A stretch of DNA of 64,000 bases from Candidatus Margulisiibacteriota bacterium. GTDB taxonomy: Bacteria; Margulisbacteria; WOR-1; O2-12-FULL-45-9. A program made the translations under genes and the position numbers. The stretch lies in contig JBAZZP010000003.1 in the NCBI GenBank assembly GCA_041658745.1, positions 83,423 through 147,422 on the forward strand, written 5' to 3'. Below the pieces are notes generated by a model. That model did not search any database and was not told the origin of the DNA. It saw only the letters and a list, made by a program, of their open reading frames with translations. The first letter of the stretch is position 1; each line of letters starts with the position of its first letter. Positions 54,739-64,000 of the stretch are shown here, piece after piece.

Positions 54739-55652
54739 AATTAAAGGCCCTTGCCAAACTTGTAGCCGGACAGCTAGTGGGTGACGGCGAAGTAGAGATT
54801 GCGCATGTTGCCCAGATCGAAAACGCCCAAAAGGGCGATCTGGTTTTTGTTCTCGAGGAAAAGCTACTTGCTAAGGCCATCAACTCCAAAGCGTCTGCTT
54901 GTATTGCTAGCAAAAAAAGTGGGAATTTAAACAAGCCAGCAATCTTGGTTGATAGTCCGCGGCTTGCCATGGTGACTCTTCTCCCTCTCTTTGCCCCCCA
55001 ACCACGCAAAAAACCAAGTATCCATAAAACTGCCCTTATTCCAAAGTCCTGTCGGATAGGCAAAAAAGTCTCGATTGGCGCCTATGCCGTCCTAGGAGAA
55101 AACGTAAAAATTGGAGATGGCTCACAAATTTATCCCAACGTAACAATTTATGACAACACCATTATTGGCAAAAGAGTAACGATCCACGCCGGAGCAAGGA
55201 TTGGAGTGGATGGCTATGGCTACGTTCAACAAGATGGAAAACACATAAAAATTCCCCAAATCGGCACAGTTGTTATTGAAAATGATGTTGAAATCTACGC
55301 CAACGTATGCGTTTCAAGAGGGACTATGGGACCAACGGTCATTGGCGCTGGGACAAAAATTGACAGCCTTACCCATGTTGCACACAATTGTAAAATTGGT
55401 CAAGACTGTGCCATTGTCAGTCTAGTGGGAGTTGCTGGCTCGGTTACTTTGGGCGACCGTGTTTTCGTGGGTGGCCAAGCGGGGTTTAATGGCCATATTT
55501 CAATTGGAGAAAACACCATTATCATGGCCCGCTCGGGAGTAACTAAAGATATCCCCGCCAATTCAATTGTTTCTGGGTTTCCCGCTATGAACCATCGCGA
55601 AGATATGGCTAATCAAGCTGCCCTGCGCCGTTTTGCTAAAAAAGCAAAATGA
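54735..55652 (+). CDS. lpxD: UDP-3-O-acylglucosamine N-acyltransferase
   Basis: N-terminal LpxD domain plus left-handed β-helix hexapeptide repeats. 305 aa. Confidence 0.8.
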   Translation: MKLKALAKLVAGQLVGDGEVEIAHVAQIENAQKGDLVFVLEEKLLAKAINSKASACIASKKSGNLNKPAILVDSPRLAMVTLLPLFAPQPRKKPSIHKTALIPKSCRIGKKVSIGAYAVLGENVKIGDGSQIYPNVTIYDNTIIGKRVTIHAGARIGVDGYGYVQQDGKHIKIPQIGTVVIENDVEIYANVCVSRGTMGPTVIGAGTKIDSLTHVAHNCKIGQDCAIVSLVGVAGSVTLGDRVFVGGQAGFNGHISIGENTIIMARSGVTKDIPANSIVSGFPAMNHREDMANQAALRRFAKKAK

Positions 55653-56818
55653 AAATTGCCTTCTTTTCTAATTGCTACCTGCCCTATCTTAGCGGAATAA
55701 CGATTTCCATTAAGACTCTGCGAGAAAGCTTAGAAGCTCTAGGACACGAAGTTTTTGTGGTTGGACCAGAATATCCTAATTTTAAAGAAACCGATCGGCA
55801 CGTTTTACGCTTGCCTTCCATCCCAGCCCCCTACCCAGGCTATCGTTTTGTTTTTCCGTTTTCGGCCAAAGTTTTTAAGCAGCTGAAAGAAGAAAAGATC
55901 GATATTATCCATGCTCATCAGCCATTTGGAATCGGTCTTTCTGCTCTATATTTATCACGCAAATTACAAATCCCTTTAGTGTATACTTTTCACACTCTTT
56001 TCCCCCGTTATGTCCACAACGTTCCGTTCGTTCCGTCGGTAATTTCTAAAGCGATCACTGTTCGTTATCTCCGTTTCTTCTGCAATCAAGTAAATGCGGT
56101 GATCGCTCCGTCGACGATGGTTAAAAGATATTTAAAGATCTTAGGTGTAAAAAAACCAATCGAGGTTGTGCCAACGGGGGTTAATGTCGGAAAGATACAA
56201 GACACAAGGGACAAGGCACAAATATTATCCAAACATCAAATTCCAAATAATTCAAAAATACTCCTCTTTAGCGGGAGGATTTCGGAAGAGAAAAACATCT
56301 TGTTTCTTATAAAAGCATTCCCTTCTATTTTAGAAAAAGCTCCCGGCACATATCTTGTCCTGTGCGGTGGGGGACCAAAAGAGGCTGAATACCGAAAATT
56401 TGCTAAACAATTTACCGATCGGATTATTTTTGCCGGCCAAATCCCGCACACAGAATTAACCGCTTATTATCAGGCAGCCGATCTATTTGTTTATTCTTCA
56501 ATCTCAGAAACCCAAGGGCTGGTTTTATGCGAAGCTAAGGCTAATGGACTCCCCATTGTTGCCCTTTTTGGCGGAGGATTAACCGATGTGGTAGAAAGCG
56601 GGATTGACGGATATCTTGTTCCGCGCAATCCAGCCATTTTTGTTGAGCATGTGGTCCGTTTATTAAACGACGATCAATTACGCGCTAAAATGGCCACAAG
56701 GGCCAAAGAAGATGCACTAGCCCGCTTTTCACCAAAAACAGTCGCCAATAAAATGATTTCTGTTTACCAGAATTTAGCCGGCATACAGATTTGCATATCA
56801 AAAGATAGTGCTTTATAA
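55649..56818 (+). CDS. Glycosyltransferase family 4 (GT-B fold)
   Basis: C-terminal E-x7-E region ETQGLVLCEAKANGLPIVA. 4-nt overlap with lpxD. Confidence 0.75.
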   Translation: MKIAFFSNCYLPYLSGITISIKTLRESLEALGHEVFVVGPEYPNFKETDRHVLRLPSIPAPYPGYRFVFPFSAKVFKQLKEEKIDIIHAHQPFGIGLSALYLSRKLQIPLVYTFHTLFPRYVHNVPFVPSVISKAITVRYLRFFCNQVNAVIAPSTMVKRYLKILGVKKPIEVVPTGVNVGKIQDTRDKAQILSKHQIPNNSKILLFSGRISEEKNILFLIKAFPSILEKAPGTYLVLCGGGPKEAEYRKFAKQFTDRIIFAGQIPHTELTAYYQAADLFVYSSISETQGLVLCEAKANGLPIVALFGGGLTDVVESGIDGYLVPRNPAIFVEHVVRLLNDDQLRAKMATRAKEDALARFSPKTVANKMISVYQNLAGIQICISKDSAL

Positions 56819-56851
56819 TGGCAAACAACTAATTGTCAGGGGGGGGTTATT

Positions 56852-57571
56852 ATGAAATCGTTTAGTTTAATTATTATTGGATTGGTATTGTGCTTCTCTC
56901 TTCTCAGCCCTGCCGGAGCCATCACAAATGTTTTTCCGTCTCCTTGTATCGGCGGTGAAACGGGTTTAGTTAGAATTCCTTCAGCCGATATTGTCCCTTA
57001 CAAAAACTTTAATATTGGTGCAAATTTCGGCACAAAAATCACCAGCGATTCTGCTTCGGTTACCAGCGCCACCTACATGATGAATATCGGGATCTTCAAC
57101 GGAATGGAGCTTGGGATTGTAGGGGGGACGGAGCTAGACACTAATCAATTGCGCGATGGAGTCTATGTTAACTCCAAGCTTTCCCTTTCTTCGGGCGATG
57201 AACCTTACCCTATGCATTTAGCCATTGGGGTTGAAAATCTGTTTTCCAGAACCCAAGCCGATGTGTATATGGTTGCTACCAAACACTTCAAGCAAGGCTT
57301 TAAATTAACTTTTGGATTCATGGGTGATTTTCCTGATTCCCGCTTTCGTCCGCTGGGAATGTTAGGCGCAGAAACCAACCTAGGCTCAACCCTTTTTGTT
57401 GCGGGAGATATGCTCCTTGGCGAAACGCTATCGCAAGTTAATGCTGGAGTAAAATTGTATTTTACCCCCGTTTTTTCCCTCAACCTTTATGGTTTAAATT
57501 TATTAAACAGTACTGTTTGCAAAGACAATCGCTCAGCCTTGCTCGGGTTTAGCTGGGCCAATCCGTTTTAG
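56852..57571 (+). CDS. Secreted protein, probable small outer-membrane β-barrel (C-terminal aromatic residue)
   Basis: Signal peptide, alternating hydrophobic β-strand-like segments, C-terminal SWANPF. Confidence 0.5.
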   Translation: MKSFSLIIIGLVLCFSLLSPAGAITNVFPSPCIGGETGLVRIPSADIVPYKNFNIGANFGTKITSDSASVTSATYMMNIGIFNGMELGIVGGTELDTNQLRDGVYVNSKLSLSSGDEPYPMHLAIGVENLFSRTQADVYMVATKHFKQGFKLTFGFMGDFPDSRFRPLGMLGAETNLGSTLFVAGDMLLGETLSQVNAGVKLYFTPVFSLNLYGLNLLNSTVCKDNRSALLGFSWANPF

Positions 57572-57576
57572 GTGAC

Positions 57577-58644
57577 ATGGAAGAATCTTTATTGCGCCCA
57601 CTGGTGAAAGAGATAAAAGACTACGTGCCTGGAAAAAACACTACCGAACCCGGCATGATCAAATTGGCGTCCAACGAAAATCCCTTTGGCCCTTCCCCTA
57701 AAGCCCTAGAGGCTATCGCCAAAGAAGCCTCGAAGTTACATGTTTATCCTGACCAAAAAGCTGTCCTGCTTCGAGACTCCCTTTCAAAAACTTTGGGAAT
57801 TGAAAGCGAAAAGATAATTGTTGGCAACGGCTCCGATGAAATCATGCAAATAGCAATTGCAACCTGCCTCAAGCCCGGCGAGGAAGTAATTATTTCTAGC
57901 AACACCTTTAGTGTTTATGAGTTTGTTACTCGCTTATTTGACGGCTTCCCGGTTTTTGTCCCACTTAATAATTACGAACAAGACTTGGACTCAATTCTCA
58001 AGGCAATTTCTCCTAAGACAAAGGCCATTTTTCTGTGCAACCCCCACAATCCGACCGGGACATATATCATCAATCAAAAACTAAACGCTTTTTTAACCAG
58101 TGTTCCAGACAATATTTTAGTGGTTGTCGACGAAGCCTATGCCGAGTTTGCAGAAGCAGCGGATTTTCCTTCTTCCCTAGAGCAAACCAAAAAGCATGGA
58201 CATGTTTTAATTTTGCGAACCTTTTCCAAATATTATGGTTTAGCCGGGTTACGAGTTGGCTACGGGGTTGCTTGTCCAGAATTGATTCACTATATGTTCC
58301 GTACCAAGTTGCCCTTTAATGTTGGCCGACTAGCTCAAGTTGGAGCCACTGCTGCCTTAGAGGATAAAGAATTCTTGGCTAAAACATTTCAAAACAATAG
58401 CTTAGGAAAAAAATATTTGTACGCCGAGCTAGATAAATTGGGATTGGACTACAAAAAAACTGAATCTAATTTTATTTTTATAAACATCAAAAAGTCGGCC
58501 GACGAAATGTTTATGGAATTAATGCGGGCGGGAATAATCATTCGCCCCCTTACTTCTTTTGGTTTGCCAGAAGCCATTCGGGTTTCAATTGGAACCCCGG
58601 AACAGAACGAAAAGCTAGTTTTTGCTTTCTCGCAAGCCTTTTGA
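57577..58644 (+). CDS. hisC: Histidinol-phosphate aminotransferase
   Basis: LASNENPFGPSP and PLP-Lys region FSKYYGLAGLRVGY. 355 aa. Confidence 0.85.
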   Translation: MEESLLRPLVKEIKDYVPGKNTTEPGMIKLASNENPFGPSPKALEAIAKEASKLHVYPDQKAVLLRDSLSKTLGIESEKIIVGNGSDEIMQIAIATCLKPGEEVIISSNTFSVYEFVTRLFDGFPVFVPLNNYEQDLDSILKAISPKTKAIFLCNPHNPTGTYIINQKLNAFLTSVPDNILVVVDEAYAEFAEAADFPSSLEQTKKHGHVLILRTFSKYYGLAGLRVGYGVACPELIHYMFRTKLPFNVGRLAQVGATAALEDKEFLAKTFQNNSLGKKYLYAELDKLGLDYKKTESNFIFINIKKSADEMFMELMRAGIIIRPLTSFGLPEAIRVSIGTPEQNEKLVFAFSQAF

Positions 58645-59298
58645 TGGCATTGGACTAGAAGGAGCTCCCGTACTTGCGGTTTCTTTTTTTTTGTTTTCTT
58701 TTGTTTTCATTGTTTCATATTTTGCCTTAACTGCTAATATTTCAGTCCGCGACTCAAAGGGCTTTTGGACTAATTTGTCTAAAGCAGGATATATTATTCT
58801 GTTCTCAACACTTTCACAACCAGGCGAAGCAGGCAATTTTTTGGCAGTTGTCGCCAAGGCTATTAATAGATTCCCCGCTTCCGCTAAAAAGCTTGGGGAA
58901 AAAGAGTTGTCCATGGCCACAATCAAATAACTAGCTACCTCCTCAACTGCGGACAGGATCAAATAGCTCTCATCTGCGGCCCCTTCTTTATAAGCAGCAT
59001 TGGCACATTCTGTCGCAATCTCCGACGCCAACAGAAGCAACGCCCTCTCTTGGCTCCTCTGCCGCACTGGGTTTGCATAAAAAGGAAAGTTGTTTTTCCC
59101 TTTTAATGCTGCTGAAGCGTAAAGTTCTAGCCGTTGATTTTCGCTTAGGTTCGTTGCTTTGTGGACATCATGCACAACTTCCAATAATTCCGTGGGGGAT
59201 TGTTTATGGCATATTCTACGGGCAAAAGAGTATTCGTTTTGTTGGCACCCAGAAAACGCCATCATTCCCAACATTACCGGCAAAAACCTAATTCTCAT
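58615..59298 (-). CDS. Hypothetical lipoprotein
   Basis: Lipobox-like MAFSGC after a hydrophobic N-terminus. No recognised domain. Translationally coupled to the upstream ORF (4-nt overlap). Confidence 0.45.
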   Translation of the reverse strand: MRIRFLPVMLGMMAFSGCQQNEYSFARRICHKQSPTELLEVVHDVHKATNLSENQRLELYASAALKGKNNFPFYANPVRQRSQERALLLLASEIATECANAAYKEGAADESYLILSAVEEVASYLIVAMDNSFSPSFLAEAGNLLIALATTAKKLPASPGCESVENRIIYPALDKLVQKPFESRTEILAVKAKYETMKTKENKKKETASTGAPSSPMPSKGLRESKN

Positions 59299-59963
59299 TG
59301 TGTCTTCCTTTCAGTAGAAAAAAGGGCCGCATACTGAATTGTTGTTTCTCTTCTGGTGTTTTCTAAGAACTGCATATCACTAGCAAGCAAACGGCCCAAG
59401 CTCGTTCTTACAATGACCTCTTTAGCAAACAATTCATCGTCGACACAATATACGACATTGCTTTTCCAGCTAGCGAACTTTGCCCTTGCCCCTTCCATCT
59501 TTGTCCCTGCACAGGGATGATCCTCGTTGTTGAGCGGATCTACCGCCAAGTACACTGTAATGTTTGGGTTCTGTATTCTTACAAAACCGAAGAAGATCCG
59601 ATTGATTTCGTCATCTGAGAATCGGCCCACCGTTTTGTTTTCCATAAATTCAGCTTTGGCCGAAAAAGCAAGTCTATTCACAATAAGCTTAGCTAATTCC
59701 TGTGGTGTTTGCTTTTCCTCCGGCAAATTAAAAAATGCGCTCAGCAATTCTATCGGCAGCTCATACTCGAGTTTTGGCAAAAGAGCCCTTTTGGCTTCCA
59801 CTATCTGCTTGCCTTCAGCTCCCATTTTTTCAGCAGTTATTTGTCCAATCAGGGCATCAAGCTCGGCAGCAATCTCGGCATCGGTTTGCCCAGCCCTTGG
59901 TTGAGCGGCTCCCCTGCCTTCCGCTTGAAAATATTTCAATGGACTAACGAATTGAATGGCCAT
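59295..59963 (-). CDS. Hypothetical protein
   Basis: 222-aa ORF, codirectional with and overlapping the lipoprotein gene. Confidence 0.45.
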   Translation of the reverse strand: MAIQFVSPLKYFQAEGRGAAQPRAGQTDAEIAAELDALIGQITAEKMGAEGKQIVEAKRALLPKLEYELPIELLSAFFNLPEEKQTPQELAKLIVNRLAFSAKAEFMENKTVGRFSDDEINRIFFGFVRIQNPNITVYLAVDPLNNEDHPCAGTKMEGARAKFASWKSNVVYCVDDELFAKEVIVRTSLGRLLASDMQFLENTRRETTIQYAALFSTERKTQ

Positions 59964-60046
59964 TTGTTCTCCTTCCTATAATGAAACACGAAATCGGACA
60001 TAATATTATCTGCATAAAAATAAAATAATTTCAGTTTGGTGGGATT

Positions 60047-61144
60047 TTATTTTTCCGAATCTTCTCCCCGAGAAAGCCATAAAGCAAAAAGATGGGAGAC
60101 AGGATCATTTTGAGGAACCGCAAGAAAAGGGGTGGCAATCCCAAAGGCTTGCCCCAAGGCACTCAAAGCAAACTCTTTTCTTCTCCCCTTAGAGATTACG
60201 GCTCCACAAAGAGAAAAGAAGACCTCGCCTAAAAGACTTCTTTCGGTTAATATAAAGTCCCGACCTTGCGACGGGCCTGTCAAAGAAAGCAGCTTTATTG
60301 GCCTATATGCCGACTGTATGCCTGCCTTGAAAGAACCTGGCCTCCCCCCTTCGGCAGGATGATGCCAAAAACGTGAAAGAGGCATAAAAACTAATTGCCA
60401 CTCTTTTGCCACTCGATTAGCAAATTCAGAATCCTCCGCTTTAGTATACCCGGGGAAATTTACTTCATCATAATGCTCTTTCTCAAAAACTTCCTTTCTA
60501 AAAGCGGCCACTCCCCCAAACACATTTGTCCTTGTTGGATGGTTGGTCCAATTAACTTTTGCTAAATAACCATTGGGCAACAATAGCCCATCATATTCTT
60601 CCCCAAATGGTTGGAATAGGTGAAATATTGTAGCTTTTACGCCTCCTCTCCTCGGCTTGTTCACCCAAAAGCCATCAACTCCCCCTATTTTTTTCTCTTT
60701 ATCTGCTACAAATATCCTTAAGGTTTGTTCTAGGTACTCTTTATCAAAAAAAATGTCATCATCTGCAAAAAAGACAATTTCGCCAAGAGCTCTTCTTTCT
60801 CCTCTGTTCCTGGAGGCCGAAATCCCACTTATTACTTCATTTGAAACAATCGAACAGGTTATCCCAGCGGATTCGATTTTTTGTTTAAGCCCGTTATGCA
60901 AAAAGTGTCCGTCGTCAACAATGATAATTTCAAATGGTTTTATGGTCTGGGCAATTAACGAATCAACACAGGCATCAAGAACCTTGCGGCGATTACGCGT
61001 CGGGATAACAACTGAAACCCTTGGGAGATTAATCCCCGCCAAAGAACTTGGCAGGACAGACGTATATCTCCGCTCTTCTGCCGTTTTGAGTCGAGAAGAA
61101 TAGTTTTTGACAAACATTCTCTTTATTGCCGCTCCAACTTTCAT
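60047..61144 (-). CDS. Glycosyltransferase family 2
   Basis: VSVVIPTRNR...IIVDDG...DDD GT-A motifs. Confidence 0.75.
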   Translation of the reverse strand: MKVGAAIKRMFVKNYSSRLKTAEERRYTSVLPSSLAGINLPRVSVVIPTRNRRKVLDACVDSLIAQTIKPFEIIIVDDGHFLHNGLKQKIESAGITCSIVSNEVISGISASRNRGERRALGEIVFFADDDIFFDKEYLEQTLRIFVADKEKKIGGVDGFWVNKPRRGGVKATIFHLFQPFGEEYDGLLLPNGYLAKVNWTNHPTRTNVFGGVAAFRKEVFEKEHYDEVNFPGYTKAEDSEFANRVAKEWQLVFMPLSRFWHHPAEGGRPGSFKAGIQSAYRPIKLLSLTGPSQGRDFILTERSLLGEVFFSLCGAVISKGRRKEFALSALGQAFGIATPFLAVPQNDPVSHLFALWLSRGEDSEK

Positions 61145-61209
61145 ATTTAATAATCGTTCTGTCTCATAGTAAATTTCACAATTTAGCCAAAAAGTTATAT
61201 AATATTTTT

Positions 61210-62286
61210 ATGTCCAAACAAACTCCCCTTTATTCCCAACATATAAAGCTTGGTGCCAAAATGGTTCCCTTTGGCGGCTGGGATATGCCGGTTTCGTATA
61301 AGGGCATCATTGAAGAGCACAATGCTACCCGCAAGGCGGCGGGACTGTTTGATATTGGCCATATGGGACTGATTAAAATTGAAGGCAAAGACGATCTGAC
61401 TTTTATCCAAAGTGTTGCTACCAATGATGCTTCCCTTTTGGCACTAAACGAATGCCAATATTCTATTCTTTGTACTCCTAGCGGTGGAGCAATTGACGAT
61501 ATTTTGGTTTACCGTTTACCGATGTTTTATATGATTATTTGCAATGCCTCTAATTTTGATAAAGTCATGGCATGGCTAACCGAAAAAGCAAAAGATTATT
61601 CTTCTTTAATTGTCGCGCCCTATGAAAATTATTGCGCTATCGCCCTGCAGGGCCCAAAAGCAATTTCGCTGACCGAAAAAACCCTAAAGGTTCCGCTTTC
61701 TTCTCTCAAACGCAACCATACGCTTTGGTGGCGCGATATTATTATCTCCCGCACCGGCTATACCGGCGAGGACGGGGTTGAAATGGTTATCGCCAAAAAT
61801 GAAGTGGCAAAGATTTGGGAAATGTTTATCGCAGCGGGAGCACAACCCTGCGGCCTGGGCGCACGCGACACCCTGCGGCTTGAAGCGGGGCTTCCACTTT
61901 ACGGACATGAATATAATGATCAGACCTCTCCGCTTGAAGTTGGTTATAGTTGGGCGGTAAAGTTGAACAAGGGAGAATTTGTTGGGCGAGAAGCATTGCT
62001 TAAACAAAAAGAGCAAGGATTAACAAAAAAGCTGGTTGGATTGGAAGTTGAGGGAAGGGCAATTGCAAGACAAGGGGGCGAAGTGTATGGTCAAGAGAAA
62101 GTAGAAAATGGAAAATTGAAAATAGGAACTGTATCGAGTGGAACGTTCTCCCCAACCCTGCAAAAACCAATTGCTTTGGCCTTCTTGGATCCAACACATG
62201 CCAAGATTGGAAACCTGGTCCAAGTTAAAATCCGCGAAAATTTCGCAAACGCTAAGATTGTTGCTAAATCGTTCTATAAGCGATAA
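61210..62286 (+). CDS. gcvT: Glycine cleavage system T protein (aminomethyltransferase)
   Basis: MSKQTPLYSQHIKLGAKMVPFGGWDMPVSY N-terminus. Start moved to the ATG at 61210. Confidence 0.9.
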   Translation: MSKQTPLYSQHIKLGAKMVPFGGWDMPVSYKGIIEEHNATRKAAGLFDIGHMGLIKIEGKDDLTFIQSVATNDASLLALNECQYSILCTPSGGAIDDILVYRLPMFYMIICNASNFDKVMAWLTEKAKDYSSLIVAPYENYCAIALQGPKAISLTEKTLKVPLSSLKRNHTLWWRDIIISRTGYTGEDGVEMVIAKNEVAKIWEMFIAAGAQPCGLGARDTLRLEAGLPLYGHEYNDQTSPLEVGYSWAVKLNKGEFVGREALLKQKEQGLTKKLVGLEVEGRAIARQGGEVYGQEKVENGKLKIGTVSSGTFSPTLQKPIALAFLDPTHAKIGNLVQVKIRENFANAKIVAKSFYKR

Positions 62287-62294
62287 AATAGGAA

Positions 62295-62624
62295 TTGGAA
62301 ATGAACCTCGACGTAAAAAAATTTTATTATTACGCTCTGTGCGGAATGGCCTTTTTTGCCTTAATGTGGGGGGCGATTGATTTCGCCAGCTCCTCTCTCG
62401 GGTTAGCCTTGGCAGGGCCTTCAGAACCCAGCAACTCGCAACCTGTCCTGCCTGAAGAGATTAATCCTCAAGCCGAAAAAAACGGAGAACAAACCTTGGA
62501 TGTTTACTATCAAAAGAAAATGCTGGGCGACCGACTTTGGGATAGCTTTGCACGGGTAGTTGTTTCCGGCGCAATTTTTGCCTACTGTCGCGTCCAAGCC
62601 AAGAAAACGGAGGGAAAAGCATGA
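62295..62624 (+). CDS. Hypothetical small membrane protein inserted between gcvT and gcvH
   Basis: One or two hydrophobic segments, 4-nt overlap with gcvH. No homology recognisable. Confidence 0.4.
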   Translation: MEMNLDVKKFYYYALCGMAFFALMWGAIDFASSSLGLALAGPSEPSNSQPVLPEEINPQAEKNGEQTLDVYYQKKMLGDRLWDSFARVVVSGAIFAYCRVQAKKTEGKA

Positions 62625-63001
62625 GCAATTATCCAGAAGATTTGAAATATAGCAAAGAGCACGAGTGGGTTAAGGCGGAAGGCAAAATCGCCACAATTGG
62701 CATTAGCTATCATGCTCAAGACGCTTTGGGAGACGTAGTTTACGTTGAGCTCCCTTCGGTTGGAAAAGAATTGAAAGCGATGGAAGAGTTTGGGGTAGTT
62801 GAATCAGTTAAATCCGTTTCTTCTCTGTTCTGTCCCATCAGTGGCAAAGTTGTCGAAGTTAATTCCGCGTTAAATGATGCTCCTCAGGCAGTCAACGAAG
62901 ATCCTTATGGCAAGGGATGGATAATTAAAGTAGAAATGGCCAATCCAGCCGAAATCAACACACTTTTGTCTTCGGCAGATTATCAGAAAACTTTTGCTTA
63001 G
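62621..63001 (+). CDS. gcvH: Glycine cleavage system H protein
   Basis: Lipoyl-lysine region EELKAMEEFGVVESVKSVSSL...V. 126 aa. Confidence 0.9.
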   Translation: MSNYPEDLKYSKEHEWVKAEGKIATIGISYHAQDALGDVVYVELPSVGKELKAMEEFGVVESVKSVSSLFCPISGKVVEVNSALNDAPQAVNEDPYGKGWIIKVEMANPAEINTLLSSADYQKTFA

Positions 63002-64000
63002 ATGGGAAATTATATCCCCAATACCGCCAAGGATCAAAAAGAGCTCCTAAAAACGGTCGGACAAGCTTCTCTTGAAAATCTTTTGGCTGACATTCCAGCA
63101 AAAGCACGCTTTAAGGGTGAATTAAGCCTTCCCTCCCCCCTTTCCGAGCCAGAATTATTAGATGAATTAACCGCCTTAAGCAAACAAAATAAGCCCTCTT
63201 CTTCGTTTTTGGGAGGCGGAAGTTACAACCATTTTATTCCAAGCGTGGTGAAGCATTTAGTTAGCCGTTCAGAATTTTATACAGCCTACACCCCCTATCA
63301 AGCTGAGATGAGCCAGGGAATGTTGCAAGCCATCTATGAGTATCAAAGTTTAATTTGTGCCTTAACGGGCATGGAAGCCGCCAATGCGTCGATGTATGAC
63401 GGGGCAACTGCCCTAGCAGAAGCTGCGTTTCTTGCGTGCCATGCCAAAGGCAAAAACGAAATTGTTATTTCAAATAGCGTGCATCCCGAATATCGCAAAG
63501 TACTTAAGACCTATGCCAAGGCGGCCGGTTTAATAATAAAAGAAGCCCCCTATCGTCCCTTGCTTCTACAAGCCATGGACAATAAGACTGCTTGTGTGAT
63601 TATTCAACAACCAAACTTTTTTGGTTGCATTGAAGAGGTTGCTGGTTTAGCCGAAAAAATCCATGCCGCTGGCGCATTGTTTATTGTAAGCGTTGACCCC
63701 ATTTCGCTTGGTATCTTAAAATCCCCCGGAGAATACGGAGCCGATATTGTAACCGGCGAAGGCCAATCTCTGGGGAATCCTCGCTCATTTGGCGGGCCGG
63801 GTCTTGGAATTATGGCCGTAAAAAAAGAATTGATTCGTCACTTGCCCGGCAGAGTGGTTGGGCAAACAGTTGATCACGATGGCAAAAGAGGTTTCTGTTT
63901 AACCCTACAGACCCGGGAACAACATATCCGCCGCGAAAAAGCATCCTCAAATATTTGCAGCAACGAAGCTCTTGCCGCACTTGCCGCCTGCATATATCTT
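63002..64000 (+). CDS. gcvPA: Glycine dehydrogenase (decarboxylating) subunit 1 (partial, continues past window end)
   Basis: MGNYIPNTAKDQKELLKTVG... GcvPA N-terminus, open to the end of the window. Confidence 0.85.
   Translation, partial: MGNYIPNTAKDQKELLKTVGQASLENLLADIPAKARFKGELSLPSPLSEPELLDELTALSKQNKPSSSFLGGGSYNHFIPSVVKHLVSRSEFYTAYTPYQAEMSQGMLQAIYEYQSLICALTGMEAANASMYDGATALAEAAFLACHAKGKNEIVISNSVHPEYRKVLKTYAKAAGLIIKEAPYRPLLLQAMDNKTACVIIQQPNFFGCIEEVAGLAEKIHAAGALFIVSVDPISLGILKSPGEYGADIVTGEGQSLGNPRSFGGPGLGIMAVKKELIRHLPGRVVGQTVDHDGKRGFCLTLQTREQHIRREKASSNICSNEALAALAACIYL

Overview
The window reads as an uncultured, probably diderm bacterium at about 44% GC. Skp, LpxD and a C-terminal-Phe β-barrel candidate point to an outer membrane, while phosphoglycerate mutase and PGI/PMI are the archaeal types. 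It is densely coding and mostly housekeeping. Recognisable conserved blocks are purE and aroE, a ribosomal-protein run rpsF–ssb–ssb–rpsR–rplI, thrS–infC–rpmI–rplT, pyrH–frr–uppS–cdsA plus dxr and nadC, hisD/hisC, mutL, topA, panC, mnmG, skp–lpxD, and gcvT–gcvH–gcvPA. No rRNA, tRNA, CRISPR array, transposase or integrase was seen.

The most unusual region is 25.3–32.5 kb. A radical-SAM/SPASM enzyme is divergently placed next to a compositionally atypical MBL hydrolase that appears horizontally acquired, with GC well above the rest of the window. A tightly packed operon follows: an FGE/SUMF1-like domain protein, a long M20 metallohydrolase, a pentapeptide-repeat protein and an arginase-family ureohydrolase with an N-terminal extension. 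That operon runs straight into argS with a 7-nt gap. It looks like an undescribed tailoring or biosynthetic module, possibly peptide modification with a pentapeptide-repeat self-protection protein. No precursor peptide could be located.

Other notable points:
- A beta-CASP-like MBL gene is split by a frameshift at a C8 homopolymer.
- A four-gene pseudopilin operon with a 4-TM EamA-type protein sits after panC, and a compact GspE/PilB-type ATPase lacking the zinc motif lies elsewhere in the window.
- Two tandem SSB paralogs sit in the S6–S18 operon.
- Many conserved enzymes (apgM, nadC, mutL, uppS, mnmG) carry in-frame heptamer/nonamer microsatellite insertions.
- A roughly 190-bp imperfect inverted-repeat element lies between mutL and topA.
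- infC appears to use an AUU start.
- Several proteins are domain-reduced: UvrC lacks HhH, ThrRS lacks TGS, and the pilus ATPase lacks the Cys4 motif.
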